DNA from: Paraphysomonas bandaiensis
Taxonomy: Eukaryota > Protista > Chrysophyceae
Direction: 5' to 3'
Length of the DNA stretch: 64,000 bases
NCBI GenBank assembly: GCA_965644295.1
Contig: CBFFRP010000181.1
Location: forward strand, 1 to 64,000
Part shown: in pieces, positions 48,793-62,796 of the stretch
How the letters are laid out: every line of letters starts with the position of its first letter
How positions within the stretch are numbered: position 1 is the first letter of the stretch
Position numbers and translations under genes: made by a program
The notes under the pieces: model-generated
Databases searched by the model: none
What the model was told of the DNA's origin: nothing
What the model saw: the letters and a program-made list of their open reading frames with translations, nothing else

Positions 48793-49180
48793 TCCTTCGC
48801 TCAACAAAGCCGACTCACACATTTTCGTGGTGATCTGGGGGATAAGTGTCGGAGAGATTTCTCCGGGAATCTAACGTAAGCCGCACATACAGTCAGATAT
48901 TGTTCTGTCCACTTATAGCCAAACAATTGTGTGGTACAAGGAACAACGCTAATAAGTGTCTCTTGTGTAGACGTCTTTGGGCCTTGATTTCAGCAGGCAT
49001 CCGGGGTATAGGACTGCCTGTTGAAGTCAAGCAGATATCAACATTCTGTATGCTCACTGCATTTGCTTTAAGTGATAGAGCGAAAGTGGTTGTATCTTGG
49101 TGCTAGCGGTGACGCACAAGCAGCTTTCGAAGCATGATATAGTAGGAAACGCCTATTGCTAAATATACAAGAAGACATTT
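48793..49180 (+). mobile_element. Family A element, diverged
   Basis: CTCAACAAAGCCGACTCACACATTTTCGTGGTGATCTGGGGGATAAG...CTAACGTAAGCC; GCG-GTGA-CGC hairpin. Confidence 0.82.
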
Positions 49181-49538
49181 TCACTACTACAAGCTCCTTA
49201 TCCCATAAGTAGCAGTTGTAATTTTAAAATCTTAAAATACAACATTATTTAGTAGCTTAGAAATAATCAGAGCTAATCACACGTGCGGGTGCGGTACTAT
49301 ATTTTTGCCTTTTACTACATTTTACCAACGTTCCTGTTAAATTAAAAATGGCAGCTGAGCCTACTAAATTTTTGAGACATTCCTACTAAGTTAAAAATTT
49401 TATTCGGTTTTACTAAAAATTTAAATATGGCTCAACTGCTATTTTTTATTTTTAGTTTAGAGAAGGAACTGTCTGATAATGACGTATCTGAACTCTACGC
49501 TGAGATTATAAGAAGCTAGATACATAGAACATATAGTA

Positions 49539-49540
<2 letters not shown>

Positions 49541-49568
<28 letters not shown>
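49541..49568. repeat. (TA)n microsatellite
   Basis: Direct reading. Confidence 0.9.
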
Positions 49569-49570
<2 letters not shown>

Positions 49571-49789
49571 AACTTATGATCAATATCACTTTTTGTCATT
49601 CACTGACAATCAAAATTCATGTTGTCTCAACTACAATCTTAGATATAATATCACGATTTTATAAGGTCTATATATTTCAGTTGCACTGCTATGATTGCTA
49701 TCATGACATCATTCTCATTATACAATTTAACTAATAATAAGCACTTCTGTACTCTACTCATTCGTTCTGACTCTTACACACCTATTATA

Positions 49790-50572
49790 CGGGATCTATT
49801 ATTCAACCTAGTCAACTTGATGTAATTTTCTAGTCACACCAAAAATAACCTACTAGTGAAGTAGTTAAAAAATCTAGTCATTATGACTAGGTTGACTATA
49901 GGTGTTTTAGGGTATTCACCTAGTCAAAAATAAAAAATTTCATTCAAACATGGGAGCATACTCTAACCATAAACCATTGTGCACAATGTCATACATGCAA
50001 CAAATCACATTTCATCTTTCTCGTGACCAAGTCCGTTGAAATTCGAACATGGGTATAATCAAACCCTACAATCTAAGGGTGGGGAAGAAAGATGCCATCA
50101 GAGGGGCATCTGAGAACCGACACTGCTATCGAAGAAGTTTTTGCTTCTTGTGATTCGGCACTACGCGATATACTCAACGCACATAACGTTCATGAAGAGT
50201 TTGGTTCGAAGGGAACTTGAAGAAATATATGAATATTTTGTTCAGAGAACGAATAAGAGTGGAGTGCTGTCTATGCTACTTGAGCAGTGGTGTCTATATG
50301 CTACTATAAAATATATATATCTTTTTCTGTCCTCTAACTTTGCTTTCGCCTAATCTATGCGGCGTTGGTTTCACTTTTTACCTGCTGTGTGACTTGTGAC
50401 TTGTTCCGTAATGCGTAGTTATACGCGAGTACAATTATTTTGGACTAGATTTATAACTAAAATTGACTATAGGTGGAATCATTTATTACTTTGAATAGGT
50501 ATTTACACCAAAAATAGTGTGACTAGGTTATTCAACCATATTGACTATTGGTCATTTTCACAAATAAGATCG
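49790..50572. mobile_element. Degenerate non-autonomous DNA-transposon-like element with subterminal CTAGTCA/TGACTAG motifs
   Basis: Clusters of CTAGTCA at 49805-49930 and of TGACTA(G) at 50440-50550, roughly inverted. Confidence 0.45.
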
Positions 50573-50574
50573 TT

Positions 50575-50996
50575 AAGAGCAGTTTATTGTAATCAAACTA
50601 GATAGACTCCTTATTATTACTGCATACACAATTGTGTGTGCTGTCATGTAAAACATGTCAACAACATGATAGCTCTTTCGTCCATGTCAACCACTGCTCA
50701 AGTTCCGTATCTTGTATCGTCATGACTCAATACTTCAGTTTCACAGTTATAGCTATATAGTATCTTTGACTACGTATTACTGTTTTGACATTGTATTTAA
50801 CGTATCCCACAGTTCTACAGTACTATCTTAGAGAACCATACGTATTCCAACAAACCATTGACTAGCTTGAATAATATTTCCCAAACAAATAATAAGACAT
50901 TCACTACTTCTGTATTCTTCCAGTAACCGTTAACAACATAATTCAAATACCTTTAAACTACAGCTTTTAATTGCTCTTAAACAGCAAAACTCAACA
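50575..50996 (+). repeat. Family B repeat (possible solo LTR) ending CAGCAAAACTCAACA
   Basis: Same terminus at ~12433 and 13980; body matches 21590-21860 (-) and 54075-54180. Confidence 0.65.
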
Positions 50997-51477
50997 GGAA
51001 CCAGGAAAATCTGCAAAGTTTAGTAGTAACAAATGGAAGATTTTGTAGGTTTTAAAATGACACCGCATGCGTGAAACGCACGAAGGAATATAGTAAATAC
51101 ATATTCCTGTCCCTGCGCGATACTTTTACATTTACAATATAGTCGACCAGTACTAGATATTCAATTTTGCTACTTTAATCTCTCCTCAGGCCATCATTCG
51201 ACCGTGTAGAAATAGAAATTGTACCAGCTCGTTTCCATCTTCCCCCATATATCCTAAATCCTAAATAATTCACCTAAAGACCCGAGATGCGCAGAAATCA
51301 TACGACACGAACATAATTACTCTTATTCTATAACTACGCAACAACGAATGAATAAGAACAATACACCTCGCCTAGTTTTACCAACGCTCTCACTTCGACA
51401 CACAATTGAATTCAATATACCTCGTGTATGTATGAACATTTGATGCCCTCTCTCTATTTTATGACACTTCTAGACTA

Positions 51478-53222
51478 TTACTCCTTCTGCTCCCACCTCT
51501 CTACCTTGTTTTTGATAAAATCAAATGTGGTAAAGCTGATACTAACTGCAATAGGACCCTTTATCCAGTTCAGTGATAAACCTTTGTAAAACGCCCTCCA
51601 TCCTTCTGTTCTATACAGTTGGTTAATTACAGTGACCATAGAGTGCTCTGGTGGTGCTGAAGCCGCAGCAGTCTTCATTGATGAACTCGTACTTGCTGGA
51701 GTGGAATGCCGTGACATCTCGGACAGATATGAGCTGCGATTTACGTGTCCTGTTGTTTGCATCCGTCTCCGAATCATCTGCACAAACAAGGTCAGTCTGA
51801 AGTATGTCTCTGCAAGCTATCCACATCTACGCGTCGTATTCTAAATCTCATTGTGACGTTTACTATACCTCTAAAGGGTAGACAACTGTCTGAGCCACTA
51901 TACCCGCGACTGCACCACAAACGAGCTTTTGTACAGTTGTACATTCCCGACCAGCCCATTCTTTAACCTAACGAAGATCAAATAAATGTCGATTTCGTAC
52001 TACATAGGTTCAATGTACTCAACACACAGACAGAGAAAGAGAACAATATAGCAGTTTATATACCCATTGCTTTGTAATCTCGTTCGTTGAGAATGATATC
52101 GCTCCATAGGGTATAATACCGATTAGAGTAGGAGAGAGTCCCCTGCATGAGCTGATATTAGAGGTGTGACCCTTATAAGTAAGCACAAATGAATATCACT
52201 CTCTGCACACGGACCCAGAACAATTAAACTATATGTACAGAAACACGTACCTGTATAACTCACGCACACCACCTGTAGTTGCCCAATTACCCAGCAGTCT
52301 AAAGACCCGCAGAGTAAGCCGTGGATTAGACTTTCTTTTTAACTGATCACAAATAACTCATTAAGCAACAATCAGCGTAATATATTTCATAGTCTATAAT
52401 ATCCATATAATGCACATATGAGATATGGAACGGCCATAGAGAGTTACAGGTTATCTACGTACTTCTGGACATGTGTGAGACTCTACAGCTAGTCGCGATC
52501 GCGCTAAGTCAAGAGGATAAGTGGCGGTTGAAGAAACTGCCCCAGCGATCCCTCCACATAACATCAACTCAGTGGCCTTCACCCACATAGTACGTGGGAC
52601 AGGCCCATCAATCGAGTGAGGAGCACTCGCAGCATGTGTCCTGCCGAAACCGATTAAAACAGATCTACTAAACTGAACTTATTCAGTGTGCAAAATGCAC
52701 AGTCCAAATCCCAATGGAACACATTCTATCGTACCTGTCGAACCATCGCTTCAAATAGTCATATGTCATAAACTGTATACCAGCGTATGGAGCAATACGC
52801 AGTATAGTAGCGCTATTTCCTTTCCATAAAGCTAAAAACCCTTCCTCTTTACATATTGTGTTGAACACTTTTGGCAAATTTCTAAAGCTGTATTTCTCGT
52901 TGGTTACCTATAGTACATATCAACACACATACATATATATAACTATAGCATATCAATACACATACATATACCTAAAACATATCAACATATATATCACTCT
53001 AACATGTTTATAACCGACACATCTATCACTACCGTATCAACACACATACATATATTGACAGTACTTTGAAAAGCATTAAAACACCTGAAATATTATTTTA
53101 ATACGATCTAATGGAGCCACTATTGTTTTAGCAGTAAGACCAGCTAGTCCTCCACATACTAGAGACGATAGAGACTTATTAATTGTTTGCTTCTTTGGCG
53201 AATCTGATAATACTGCAGTCAT
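51478..53222 (-). CDS. Mitochondrial carrier, SLC25A42/Leu5-like (CoA transporter subfamily), multi-exon
   Basis: [84 protein letters not shown]. Confidence 0.9.
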
Positions 53223-54568
53223 AGGATTATACTACTGATATTACAGACCACTGTGCTATCTGATCATATGTGTATTTAGTAGATATGATGGGGTGTATTG
53301 TGCACAGAGGGGGTTATGTGAATGTAGTTAAGAGTGTGCATGATGAGAACTTAAGGCTGCAGTGTATGTGGATGTGTGTCTACACTGATGAGAATGCTGA
53401 TGATGATGTACTGCGCGACATGTTATGATGTTTGTACGTAGTGTGACGTATTTGTACTCTATGAAATTCTGCTGTAGAGTAGACAGCGGATTTTACCCTC
53501 AAAATAGTGGATTTTATACAAAAAAAAGGTACAAGGTAAAGCATATAAACTAAATATCATGTGTTTTCCCCCAATACTATCAGTGAAAGCAACAGTTGGG
53601 AGAATAGAATATTTTGATAGCACTACAGATGCAACACAACAACTACATCACAATATAACCCTCAGCCCCTATATAACAACCATTGAAAGCAAAGAAACGA
53701 ACGAAGTTAATCGTATTCCCCTCAACCACATGATTCCAATAAAATGAAGCGTATTATATAGCAACCGATTGGTCTGAATGAGATCAAGAAGAAGAGTAAA
53801 CGAAAGCCAGAGATTGAATTGATTAACACGTACATTGCGTAGAATATGGAGCAGTCATAGTGTTGAAGACCCCAATTCGTCCTCAAGGAAAGAGCTTAGA
53901 CTTATATTTCAGCAGGTTTAGAGTTTAGGATATATATCAAATCATACTGCACAAGTATGCTGCATTCCGCACATGGAGAATATTGCGTTATCAGAAATAT
54001 GTGTTAAGGGGATTGATTCCTTGGCTTACTGTATAATAACAACCAATAAATGGTAGAATCGGATGTGATATGTGATACTTCAGTTTCACAGTTATATAGC
54101 ATATAGCAGTACAGTATTTTGACTACGTATTACAGCTCTGCATTCACATTGTATTTAATGAATAATACAGTTCTATCTTAAAGGAATAGGTGTTTTTCAG
54201 CACATACTCCAAGTAGACTATATGAAGTACTATGTAAACTAGGAAGAAGTTTAAAACAGCTAGCTCTCAATACACAACTATTTGCCGCAGAATATATAGC
54301 GGTGATTGCGTAGTAACTACTAGGTAATACTTGTTCGTAAGACTTTTGCTTTACTTTCCGCAATCAACATACCACATAGTAGGTTATAACATATATAGTT
54401 AGTACTCAATATAAGTTACTGGAAGCGTGATTACACTTGGCACGTAACACTAACGTCAACACTACTAGGCGTAAAGACATATCCTGCAACTTTTAATTTC
54501 AAAAATAGCATTGCCAGGAACACGTGAATCGAAAATATCAATGCGTCAAATATACGGAAATACTACGT

Positions 54569-56259
54569 CTAGGTACTTGCGGCTAATTCTTCGATGACAC
54601 GCTTCCAGCCCTCAGCATCAGCTTCAGAAGTCACCTATGCGGATACCACGTAAGTAGAGATATCGCAATCACACAAGAATGGGATACCTTGAGTCCGATA
54701 TTTGGCATACTCTCATCTTGAGTGAATACAGTAAAGGAGAAGCCCACTGTGTCTGAGGTACCGATGATGCTTGCACGCCTTTGCTTCGCAGCACGTTTGA
54801 TGTCGCTGACAGTGCATCCCGCAAGGAGTATTAGCTTGGAAGGCGCTTCTTTATCATCTACCTTAGACCTAATATATGTACAGTATCAGAACATATCCCG
54901 TACTTATGCAGATATCATGTCAGAACGAATGTACAGATTTCCAGAAACACTGTTACAAGCAAGGTTACCAGTGCAAGGTGTTGTCTGCTACGTCAATCCA
55001 TATGAATCTGTTATGGTAAATTCCTCCGTCACCTTCCCTCTTGAGCAACCAGGCTGCAGCACTAAGTTAAAACAAAACGTACACGAAACAACCACGAAAA
55101 TAATAAAACAACTGAGGCAGTATTATACCATAGATACAATAATGTACACACCTCCAGTGTATGCAACGGAAAAGTCATCAGATTTCTGCTGGGAATCGGC
55201 CTCAACATTATCCACTTTCTCCACAGCAGCGGTGGCATCTGTGCTTACAATCGGGGCCTCTGAAGAAGAATCAGGTTCAACAACCGCCTCAGCAGGCTGC
55301 TCAGAGGGTTGCACTGGATCCTCTACAGAAATCACAGTTGTGAGCTCAGTCTTGTCTTCGACTGTAGTAGTTGCTTCAGGAGACACCATAGCTTCTTGTT
55401 CCTCAACAGTCACCGTTTCCTCGACAGGAACCTCCTCGGTGCTGGGAGCAGATTCTTCGGTTGGGGGAGGTGGGGGAGAAAACTGGGGAGCAGGGGGAAG
55501 CTCTGGCTCAGCATTGTACTCCACAACAGGGGGAGACTCTACAACAGTCTCAGAGGGAGGCTCAACAGCAGGAGCTGGTGTTTCGGATGGTTCTGACTCA
55601 GAATTTGCTTGTGCAGTATCAGCTCCGCTCTCTGTAGCGACAGTGTCAGGCATATCTTTGTGCTCATCAGAGTCCCCCGCACTTGTATTCTCTACCACCT
55701 CAGATGTGGACTCTCCCACAGGAGCAGCTGCTTCTGGCTCTGGAACATGAGTAGGGGGGGCAGATACATTAGATGCGGCCTCTGGAGCAGCAGCTGTCTG
55801 AGGTACTGGCTGCGGTACAGTTTTATCCTCTTGAGTATCCACAGGAGGAAAGAGTTTGCCCACAGGGGCAACAGTAGCAACAGGTGAAGAAGGCGTAGGG
55901 ACAGCCTTCTTGATTGACTTTCCATTGAGAATATCGATATTATCAGTCAGAGCTTGGATCCATTTTTGGCTCTCTGTGCCAGTTGCCGCCTGAATAGTGA
56001 CGCTGTCATTGCTCTTCCCAAATATACCCTTTCTCACACCAGGCGCATGAAGAGTAAAACAATTACTTCTTCCTGCAATATTTTCAGATGTTACTTTAGA
56101 GGTTCGTTCAATTGTATGTGCCCCTTTAAGATTTTGTTTTGTATCATCAGCATAATATTCGAGCTGATTTTTAGATAATACAAAATATCTTTTGTTCCAA
56201 TTCTTGTTGACATGACCCAACTTCTCCAACCATCCCTCTAATTGAACTGTTTGTGCCAT
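54569..56259 (-). CDS. Protein with two PH domains separated by a long acidic/Pro-rich linker (4 exons)
   Basis: LEGWLEKLGHVNKNWNKRYFVL...WIQAL; second PH assembled from exons (YTGG|...KRVTEEFTITDSY...EADAEGWKRVIEEL). Confidence 0.8.
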
Positions 56260-57033
56260 ATTGTTTAAAAGATACAATTTTAGTAACGAAGTATACCAAT
56301 TTGTCGTCAATTGTTATATATTTGATTCGTATGGTGTGGTCATTGCTTCCAGATATTTTTTCAATGATCATCATTGTCAACCATTCACTGCCACTAATCA
56401 GTCGCCAAAATATGAAATACATATGTATACTTAATGCTTTCAGAACATTACGGAACATTCGCAGGTGAAAAAATATAAAGAAACATAGAAATACCGGATT
56501 TTGGGAAATTGATAGAAAAAATATACAGTTTTAGACTAAAATTATGAGATCTACGTAAATAAGAGGATATAATGGTGGTGTTTAATAATTTACAATTAGT
56601 ACAACATGAACACCAGCTTATACAATAGTGGAATAAACCATTATAGTTGCCAGTATGGTTAACAATATAAACTGTGTATTGCACATTGTTTGTAGTTCGA
56701 CAGTTTTATACACAACTAAAATGGATATATTTATGTAAGAGGAATGTAATATACCTATTCTATATAACTGTTTGAACTGTGGATACTCTGTGAGGAGGAT
56801 GTCGTCGAAGAAGTCATCACAGGCAAAGCTATCAACATGATACTGTACTATTTCCATATAGACGTAAATATTGACCGTCTTCATCAAGGATTAATTGCTT
56901 TTAATTCCTTTTACTATGTTGTAAACAGTTTTATAGAATTTGGCTAGTCTGCTTGGTACATCTTCCCGTACTGGCAGAGTGGGCAGGAGCACGAAAGCAC
57001 GAATTAAACAGTTTATTTTTATTTGCTAGTATA

Positions 57034-57791
57034 TCATTCAGATACAGTCCCGAAGCCAGCATTATTCTTGCATCTATTCAACAAGGTGTCGATAATACTA
57101 TCCTTGCAATACTTTGCTTTTGACGTACTTATATATTCCACTACATTGCCATGAACGTATATGTCCAAGACCATGACTCTGAGGTATTTTGTAGAAAGTA
57201 CATCATCGATTCGATCATCATTTCTTCTGCAACAGTTCCCACGTAGCAGTAAAGTACAGTTCATTTCAAGTCGCATTTCTTTCTAACCTAACAAGAATTT
57301 CGGTTCTTACTTCAGATTTCTCGTCTTGACTTTCAATTCATCAAAAGGTTGCTCTACATCTGCTGCTACCTTTTCTATAACATCGCTTTCGTTCAGGAAT
57401 TTCTATAACTATATTAAAATACGACAGGTTGTTACGTCCATATATCATACCTGATGAATTTTCCTAGCCGAATCGTACCCGACTCCAGCAGCTACGTATA
57501 ACCATTGAAGTACGGATAGAATGGTGCGCGGGAGCATAATGGGCCAGATCAGTACGGATAACTTTTTCTCCCGAAGAGCAGGTAATGGGAGTTGGTTACC
57601 ATCAAGATGTGCTCTTCCTGTCTCAGATTGTCAATCTTGGGTAATGTAAATACATCAGGCTTGAAAACATATCGATTCTCTATAATCGGTAGTCCGCCAA
57701 TATAACGTCGCTACCTCTCTCAATTCTGAGGTCTCACATAGCGTTGAAAGCACGTTTCCCATGCCTTCTCATAAATTTTTGATCTTGTCAT
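57034..57791 (-). pseudogene. Degraded intron-containing coding sequence of unknown origin
   Basis: MTRSKIYEKAWETCFQRYVRPQ...RRYIGGLPIIENRYVFKPDVF with several stops; CAG|GTATG donor near 57450. Confidence 0.35.
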
Positions 57792-58351
57792 GTTATGGTA
57801 GTACTAAAAAGCGGATGTGATTCTTGGGTAGCTTAGCCACTAACCAATTTCAATGGTGATAGAGAATGTCGTATTGAAAACAATCTAGGTTCTTAAACTC
57901 GTAGTTAAGAACGACAGTGTATTTTACTTTTCCTTACGCAGCACTAGATACTAGGCAATCCTACTACGAATGCCGATATGGTGCATATTTAACATGTTGT
58001 GTTTACTACTCCGGTTCATTCTAAATTTTAACTAGTAAGATAAGTTCTTTCGTGGGAAATGTTGATCTACTATTGGTATGATATTAGTACGTACTCTCGG
58101 TGTCATGTCGCCAATTCCACTAATAAACTAACCAATATGTATTTAACTATAAATGATACGTTTTCAGCACTGAGCACTGAATATTTCAAAGAAATGGTGA
58201 AGTGGGGTTATTGTCAACAACTTCATTAAATAATTACCATGCTGACTACCAGACACCAATTATTCCAACCTCATGTCCATTCTCTCATGCTGTTCCACAG
58301 TAAAAATTATAGCATTCCGAGAAGAATTACATAGCACAATGCATGTACCCT

Positions 58352-58974
58352 CTATACGGTACCCTTGTAAGTTGGAGCAGGAGTGGCAGTTGCAGTTGCA
58401 ATTGGTGGGCTCTCCTCTTCAAGCTGAGCCTTGGAAGTTGATGAACCATAATCAGGATACACCTGCTCCGGACCACACATTTTCATTACTAAAATACAAA
58501 GATGTAAAAATACGGCTATACCTGTTCGATTTCAAGAGGGGTTCTTATAGTTTTTTTCTCATTTAGCGATCTGTTTCAAGTATTAAATTCATCTACAAAC
58601 AATTTGTACAACTATTCTCACGCACCCACAAAGAGCCGAAGAGAAATATATTGAAACAGCAAATGCAACAATGGCACCAAGAAGCTCGACAAAACAGGCA
58701 AAACCAAAGCCCGCGGACAGTTCATCAAATCCCTCTTCCTGCCAATTAGCTGTAGAAAACAAAATATTAGTACACTTTATAAGAAAAAGCAATATATCGT
58801 ACTTGTTCCACTAACATCTTTTCTCAGATCATAAGCATTAGATTGTCCACCATCCTCACATGCGAGACCTAGAAGTAGAAGGCCCACACCCGCAAATCCC
58901 AAAGACAAGGCAACCTTTAACTTTGCATACTCGTGAAAATCACGAGATGGAAAAGTAAGAGTATCAGCACTCAT
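58352..58974 (-). CDS. Small multi-exon membrane protein, possibly 5'-truncated or pseudogenised
   Basis: Hydrophobic segments VALSLGFAGVGLLLLGL and GFGFACFVELLGAIVAFAV; GT-AG introns; ends ATATATPAPTYKGTV*. Confidence 0.45.
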
Positions 58975-59642
58975 GGATAATAATGACAATAGTTAATAAC
59001 TGTCTATTAGTCACTTTATGAACAATACTTGCTGCTCAATGATATGTGTATGCCCTATGCAACACTATGCAATATATGCTGTGTTTTAGTGATACTGTGT
59101 ATATACTGCTGTACCTATACAAAAAACACGAACATCATATTTTATTAGAAAAATTATTTAGCCCGCACCGCAGGTGCGGGATCCCGCACCCTTGTTTTTA
59201 CACAAAGGCCGCACAGCAAGTGCGCCCATCGAGTGATCCAATCAGCAGAGTGCATCATAGCATAGTGCATCATATCACATGCATCGAGTATATGTATATA
59301 GTAATATGACGAGGCAGCCATATGCAGCAGATACACGTTAATGAGTGCTTGAATGATAGGTGATAACATGTTGCTACCATCTTATTTCATGAAACTGTGA
59401 GATGAGATATGCAGTTACTGGACGAGGTTTATAAGGCTGTATGGAGAGGAACTGTGAAGGGCTGTATATTATGGTATGAAGTGATTTGATATGGATATCA
59501 ATGATTGAATTCCAGGTGGGAGCATCATGCTCCCATCATCCTATTTAAAGTGTCAGGTATGTAGAGAGATGAGAAGTGGTACATTTGAAGGAATAGAAGG
59601 CTGTATATCATGCATGCACTATGTTGTGTGATGGTATATGAT

Positions 59643-60576
59643 ATGCTGAATGTTGTCATGGTTTATTATGCTGTTGTAGGCGCAATGACGTTTATACTTA
59701 CCGGTGCAAGAGGGATGCCTAAGCGACACAAGCGCCCGGCTGCCCCTGTACCATCTTGCAGTGAATATGTGTCATGTTGTGTAAGGGTATGCAGTATGGC
59801 TGTATGTGATAAGAATTCTGAACGGTGTGGAATAATAAAATGCTGAAGGCTGTGATGGTTTATTATGCTGTTGTAGGCGCAATGACGTTTATACTTACCG
59901 GTGCAAGAGGGATGCCTAAGCGACACAAGCGCCCGGCTGCCCCTGTTCCATCTTGCAGTGAATATGTGTCATGTTGTGTAAGGGTATGCAGTATGGCTGT
60001 ATGTGATAAGAATTCTGAACGGTGTGGAATAATAAAATGCTGAACGCTGTGATGGTTGATTATACTGTTGTATGCTCTGTAAATAATGATACGATGTATT
60101 CCAATTACTAATGAATCATTAATTATAAGGGTACAGTATAAAAAGTTGATGGAGTGGTTATAAATGAATACATATAGGCATTCTACAGATTACTAACATC
60201 AGACTGTGTCGAATAATAAAATGCTGCACGCTGTAATGGTTGATTATACTGTTGTATGCTCTGTAAATAATGATACGATGTATTCCAATTACTAATGAAT
60301 CATTAATTATAAGGGTACATTATAAAAAGTTGATGGAGTGGTTATAAATGAATACATATAGGCATTCTACAGATTACTAACATCAGACTGTGTCGAATAA
60401 TAAAATGCTGAACGCTGTAATGGTTGATTATACTGTTGTATGCTCTGTAAATAATGATACGATGTATTCCAATTACTAATGAATCATTAATTATAAGGGT
60501 ACATTATAAAAAGTTGATGGAGTGGTTATAAATGAATACATATATTGGCATTCTACAGATTACTAACATCAGACTG
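59643..60576. repeat. Composite tandem array: 2 x 197-bp units plus 3 x ~184-bp units sharing a ~45-bp junction motif
   Basis: GAATAATAAAATGCTGAA.GCTGT.ATGGTT.ATTAT.CTGTTGTA recurs at ~59643 (partial), 59830, 60027, 60211, 60395. Confidence 0.9.
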
Positions 60577-62796
60577 AAGTTTCCTTTTCTTTGTCCTTGG
60601 AATAATGTTACCATCACTGTCCCTTCGTGCACTCATTGCATCATATATACTGTTTATGTATTTCTTAGAGGCTTTTTTTTGGGGTGAAACTTGTCGTAAT
60701 TTTCCTGACCAAATAAATCAACAATAACACGCAATTCAACCTTTTCAGCTATGCATTTTAAATTACTCTTCCATTCTCTGTACGAAGTAGACTGACTTGC
60801 CATACAGGGTTTCGGCTCATCAAGAAAACGTTTCTCGTCATCGTACAATAGGCCGAGTCCTTTAGTCAATACTCGATTTAGTTTTTTCTGTTTGTTGACG
60901 TTGTCTACCATAGGGTATCTCTTTCCTACAATTTCATGTAATTCATAATCAAAATAGTCAATAATAACTGTTGATAAGCATAATTTTTCGAGAGTTTTAT
61001 ATTGAATGAAGGATATATGGGGCATGCGCTGCATGTTAACTCTCATGTATTGAAAAACATTTGTCGTAGTAGTGGATGGACCTTTGGAAGGTCCTTCAGT
61101 AATCGGAGGCAAGACTGTAGGCGATGTAGGTATCCGTGATACAGTCTCTGAAGTTGGTATAGTGGTATCCGTTGGAATATTTTTCAAGCCTTCTAGAATA
61201 TCAGCCACAGCAGTGTCTAATTTCTTGTGCAGATCAGCTATTGCAATAGTTTGGGTGTCACACTTTCTATGAAGCTGTTGTATTTGGTCTCGAAGAATGC
61301 GATTCTCCTGGTAAATTTCGTCTACATTTCTTGTGTCTACAAAATTAAGGCGAAGCCATTCCTCCTCAATCGCAGCACTCCATTGCATTATGTCATTCCA
61401 AGTGAAATGGTGGCGCATCATGTTGTGCTTGAATTTACAAACCACTGCATGTTGTGCCGTGTATTTAGAAACAAATGATGGTAACCTCATAAGGAATGTA
61501 GCAAACACAGAGAGTTTAAATTGAAATAGACAGCCATCAACCCCAAATTCTGGGTAAGTGAGTGGATAACATGTTTCGATTAACGCCATCACTTGTTCTC
61601 GGTTTCCATTGTTGATAAATACACACTCGGGTGGATATATCTTATTCCTGGGATTAGAGTAGCCACTTAAAATTTTTCCACCCACAGCAATAGTGACATC
61701 TAGTCCCATGATATACTCAAAAATGCTGCACTCTCCGGAGAAGTCCCATCCTCCACGCATAATCGCATGGAAGATGCCGCCTGACTGACTACTGGCTATG
61801 TCAGTTGCAGCCCCGACTCTAAGACCCTTGCCTGTTGTTTCCTTTGTAACTCCAGGTACCTTCCCGATCATTTGTTTTAGTAGCTTAGAAACAAATTGAC
61901 TAGCGCTTGATGTAGTCAATGCTAGATCTGGAAAGACGAAGTCACCGTTGAGATCTGCTGCAGTACAGGACATCCAGTACATTGAATAAGCGAAGAAAAC
62001 ACAAGTCTCTAGACAAGAGTAGTCGGGAAAAAAGTTCATTGTTTTGATAGAAGCCACCTTCAATTCTGTCCAATCAAACGTTAAGTATCCATCGCAGTGC
62101 CACATTGCATTATTATACGAAGCAAACATTGCTTCAGACACCCGACCAACAGCAGCAAACGTGAAAACCAAATAGAGATTGTACAATGAATACTTCTTCA
62201 CTTCTAAATAAAGTTTATTAGCATACAGTAAATCATAGATATGTGAAGTATGTCCACTTACCGGAGAAATCAGATGCCCGATGTATAATGTATTCACCTA
62301 TGCGCTTCATTAGTTCTTTCCCCACTGGACTTGTTTTCTCTGATATACGCACTCCTTGTGCGATACACCGCTTGATAATATGCTTTGATACTGCCGCTCT
62401 CACATCTTTGTACCACAGCTCATTGGAGCTGCTTAATAACTCATTTCTTTTAAATCGCTTCGTCAGCGCAGTCTTCGTGTCTGACAAATACTGCCAAGCA
62501 GTACCTAGGGTCAAAGGCTTCTTCGTTGTTCCATGGACGGCGTGATCGATCAAAAAGCCACCGAAACATTGAAATAGTTCTACATTTATATCACTGTCTA
62601 TGAGTTCCTTATACCTCTTCTTCCCGTCGAACCGCATCTCCAAGTACTTCGCAAACTGAGCTAACGCAGAGGAGTTACGATTTTTGGTTTCCCCATCACC
62701 GACTTTTCTAATGCCCCCTGTGGTAGTTGATTCCGTGGTAGTTGATTCCGTGGTAGTTGATTCCGTGGTAGTTGATTCCGTGGTAGTTGATTCCAT
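60553..62796 (-). CDS. Tyrosine recombinase, 2 exons (intron 62204-62261); probable 1-nt frameshift in the A8 run at 60673-60680
   Basis: GTAAGT...GCTAAT...TTAG intron joins ORFs 62233-62877 and 60654-62297 in frame; catalytic-type motifs VGRVSE, GKGLRVGA, RGGW, IFEY; start codon uncertain. Confidence 0.8.
62720..62794 (-). repeat. 5 x 15-bp coding repeat (ESTTT)n
   Basis: GTGGTAGTTGATTCC repeated five times. Confidence 0.95.

Noticed and set aside
49278-51072. Possible outer TIR pair CACG..TGCGGT
   Set aside because: Match too short and degenerate to support without alignment.
54722-55750. 342-aa plus-strand ORF
   Set aside because: Antisense shadow of the low-complexity linker of the PH-domain gene.
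59695-59775. ATACTTACC resembling the U1 snRNA 5' end (two copies)
   Set aside because: No U1 loop I/II sequences or proper Sm site follow; it is equally the reverse complement of a GGTAAGTAT splice donor.
59643-60576. CRISPR-like repeat-spacer array
   Set aside because: Intervening segments are ~140-150 bp and duplicated rather than unique; eukaryotic context; no cas genes.
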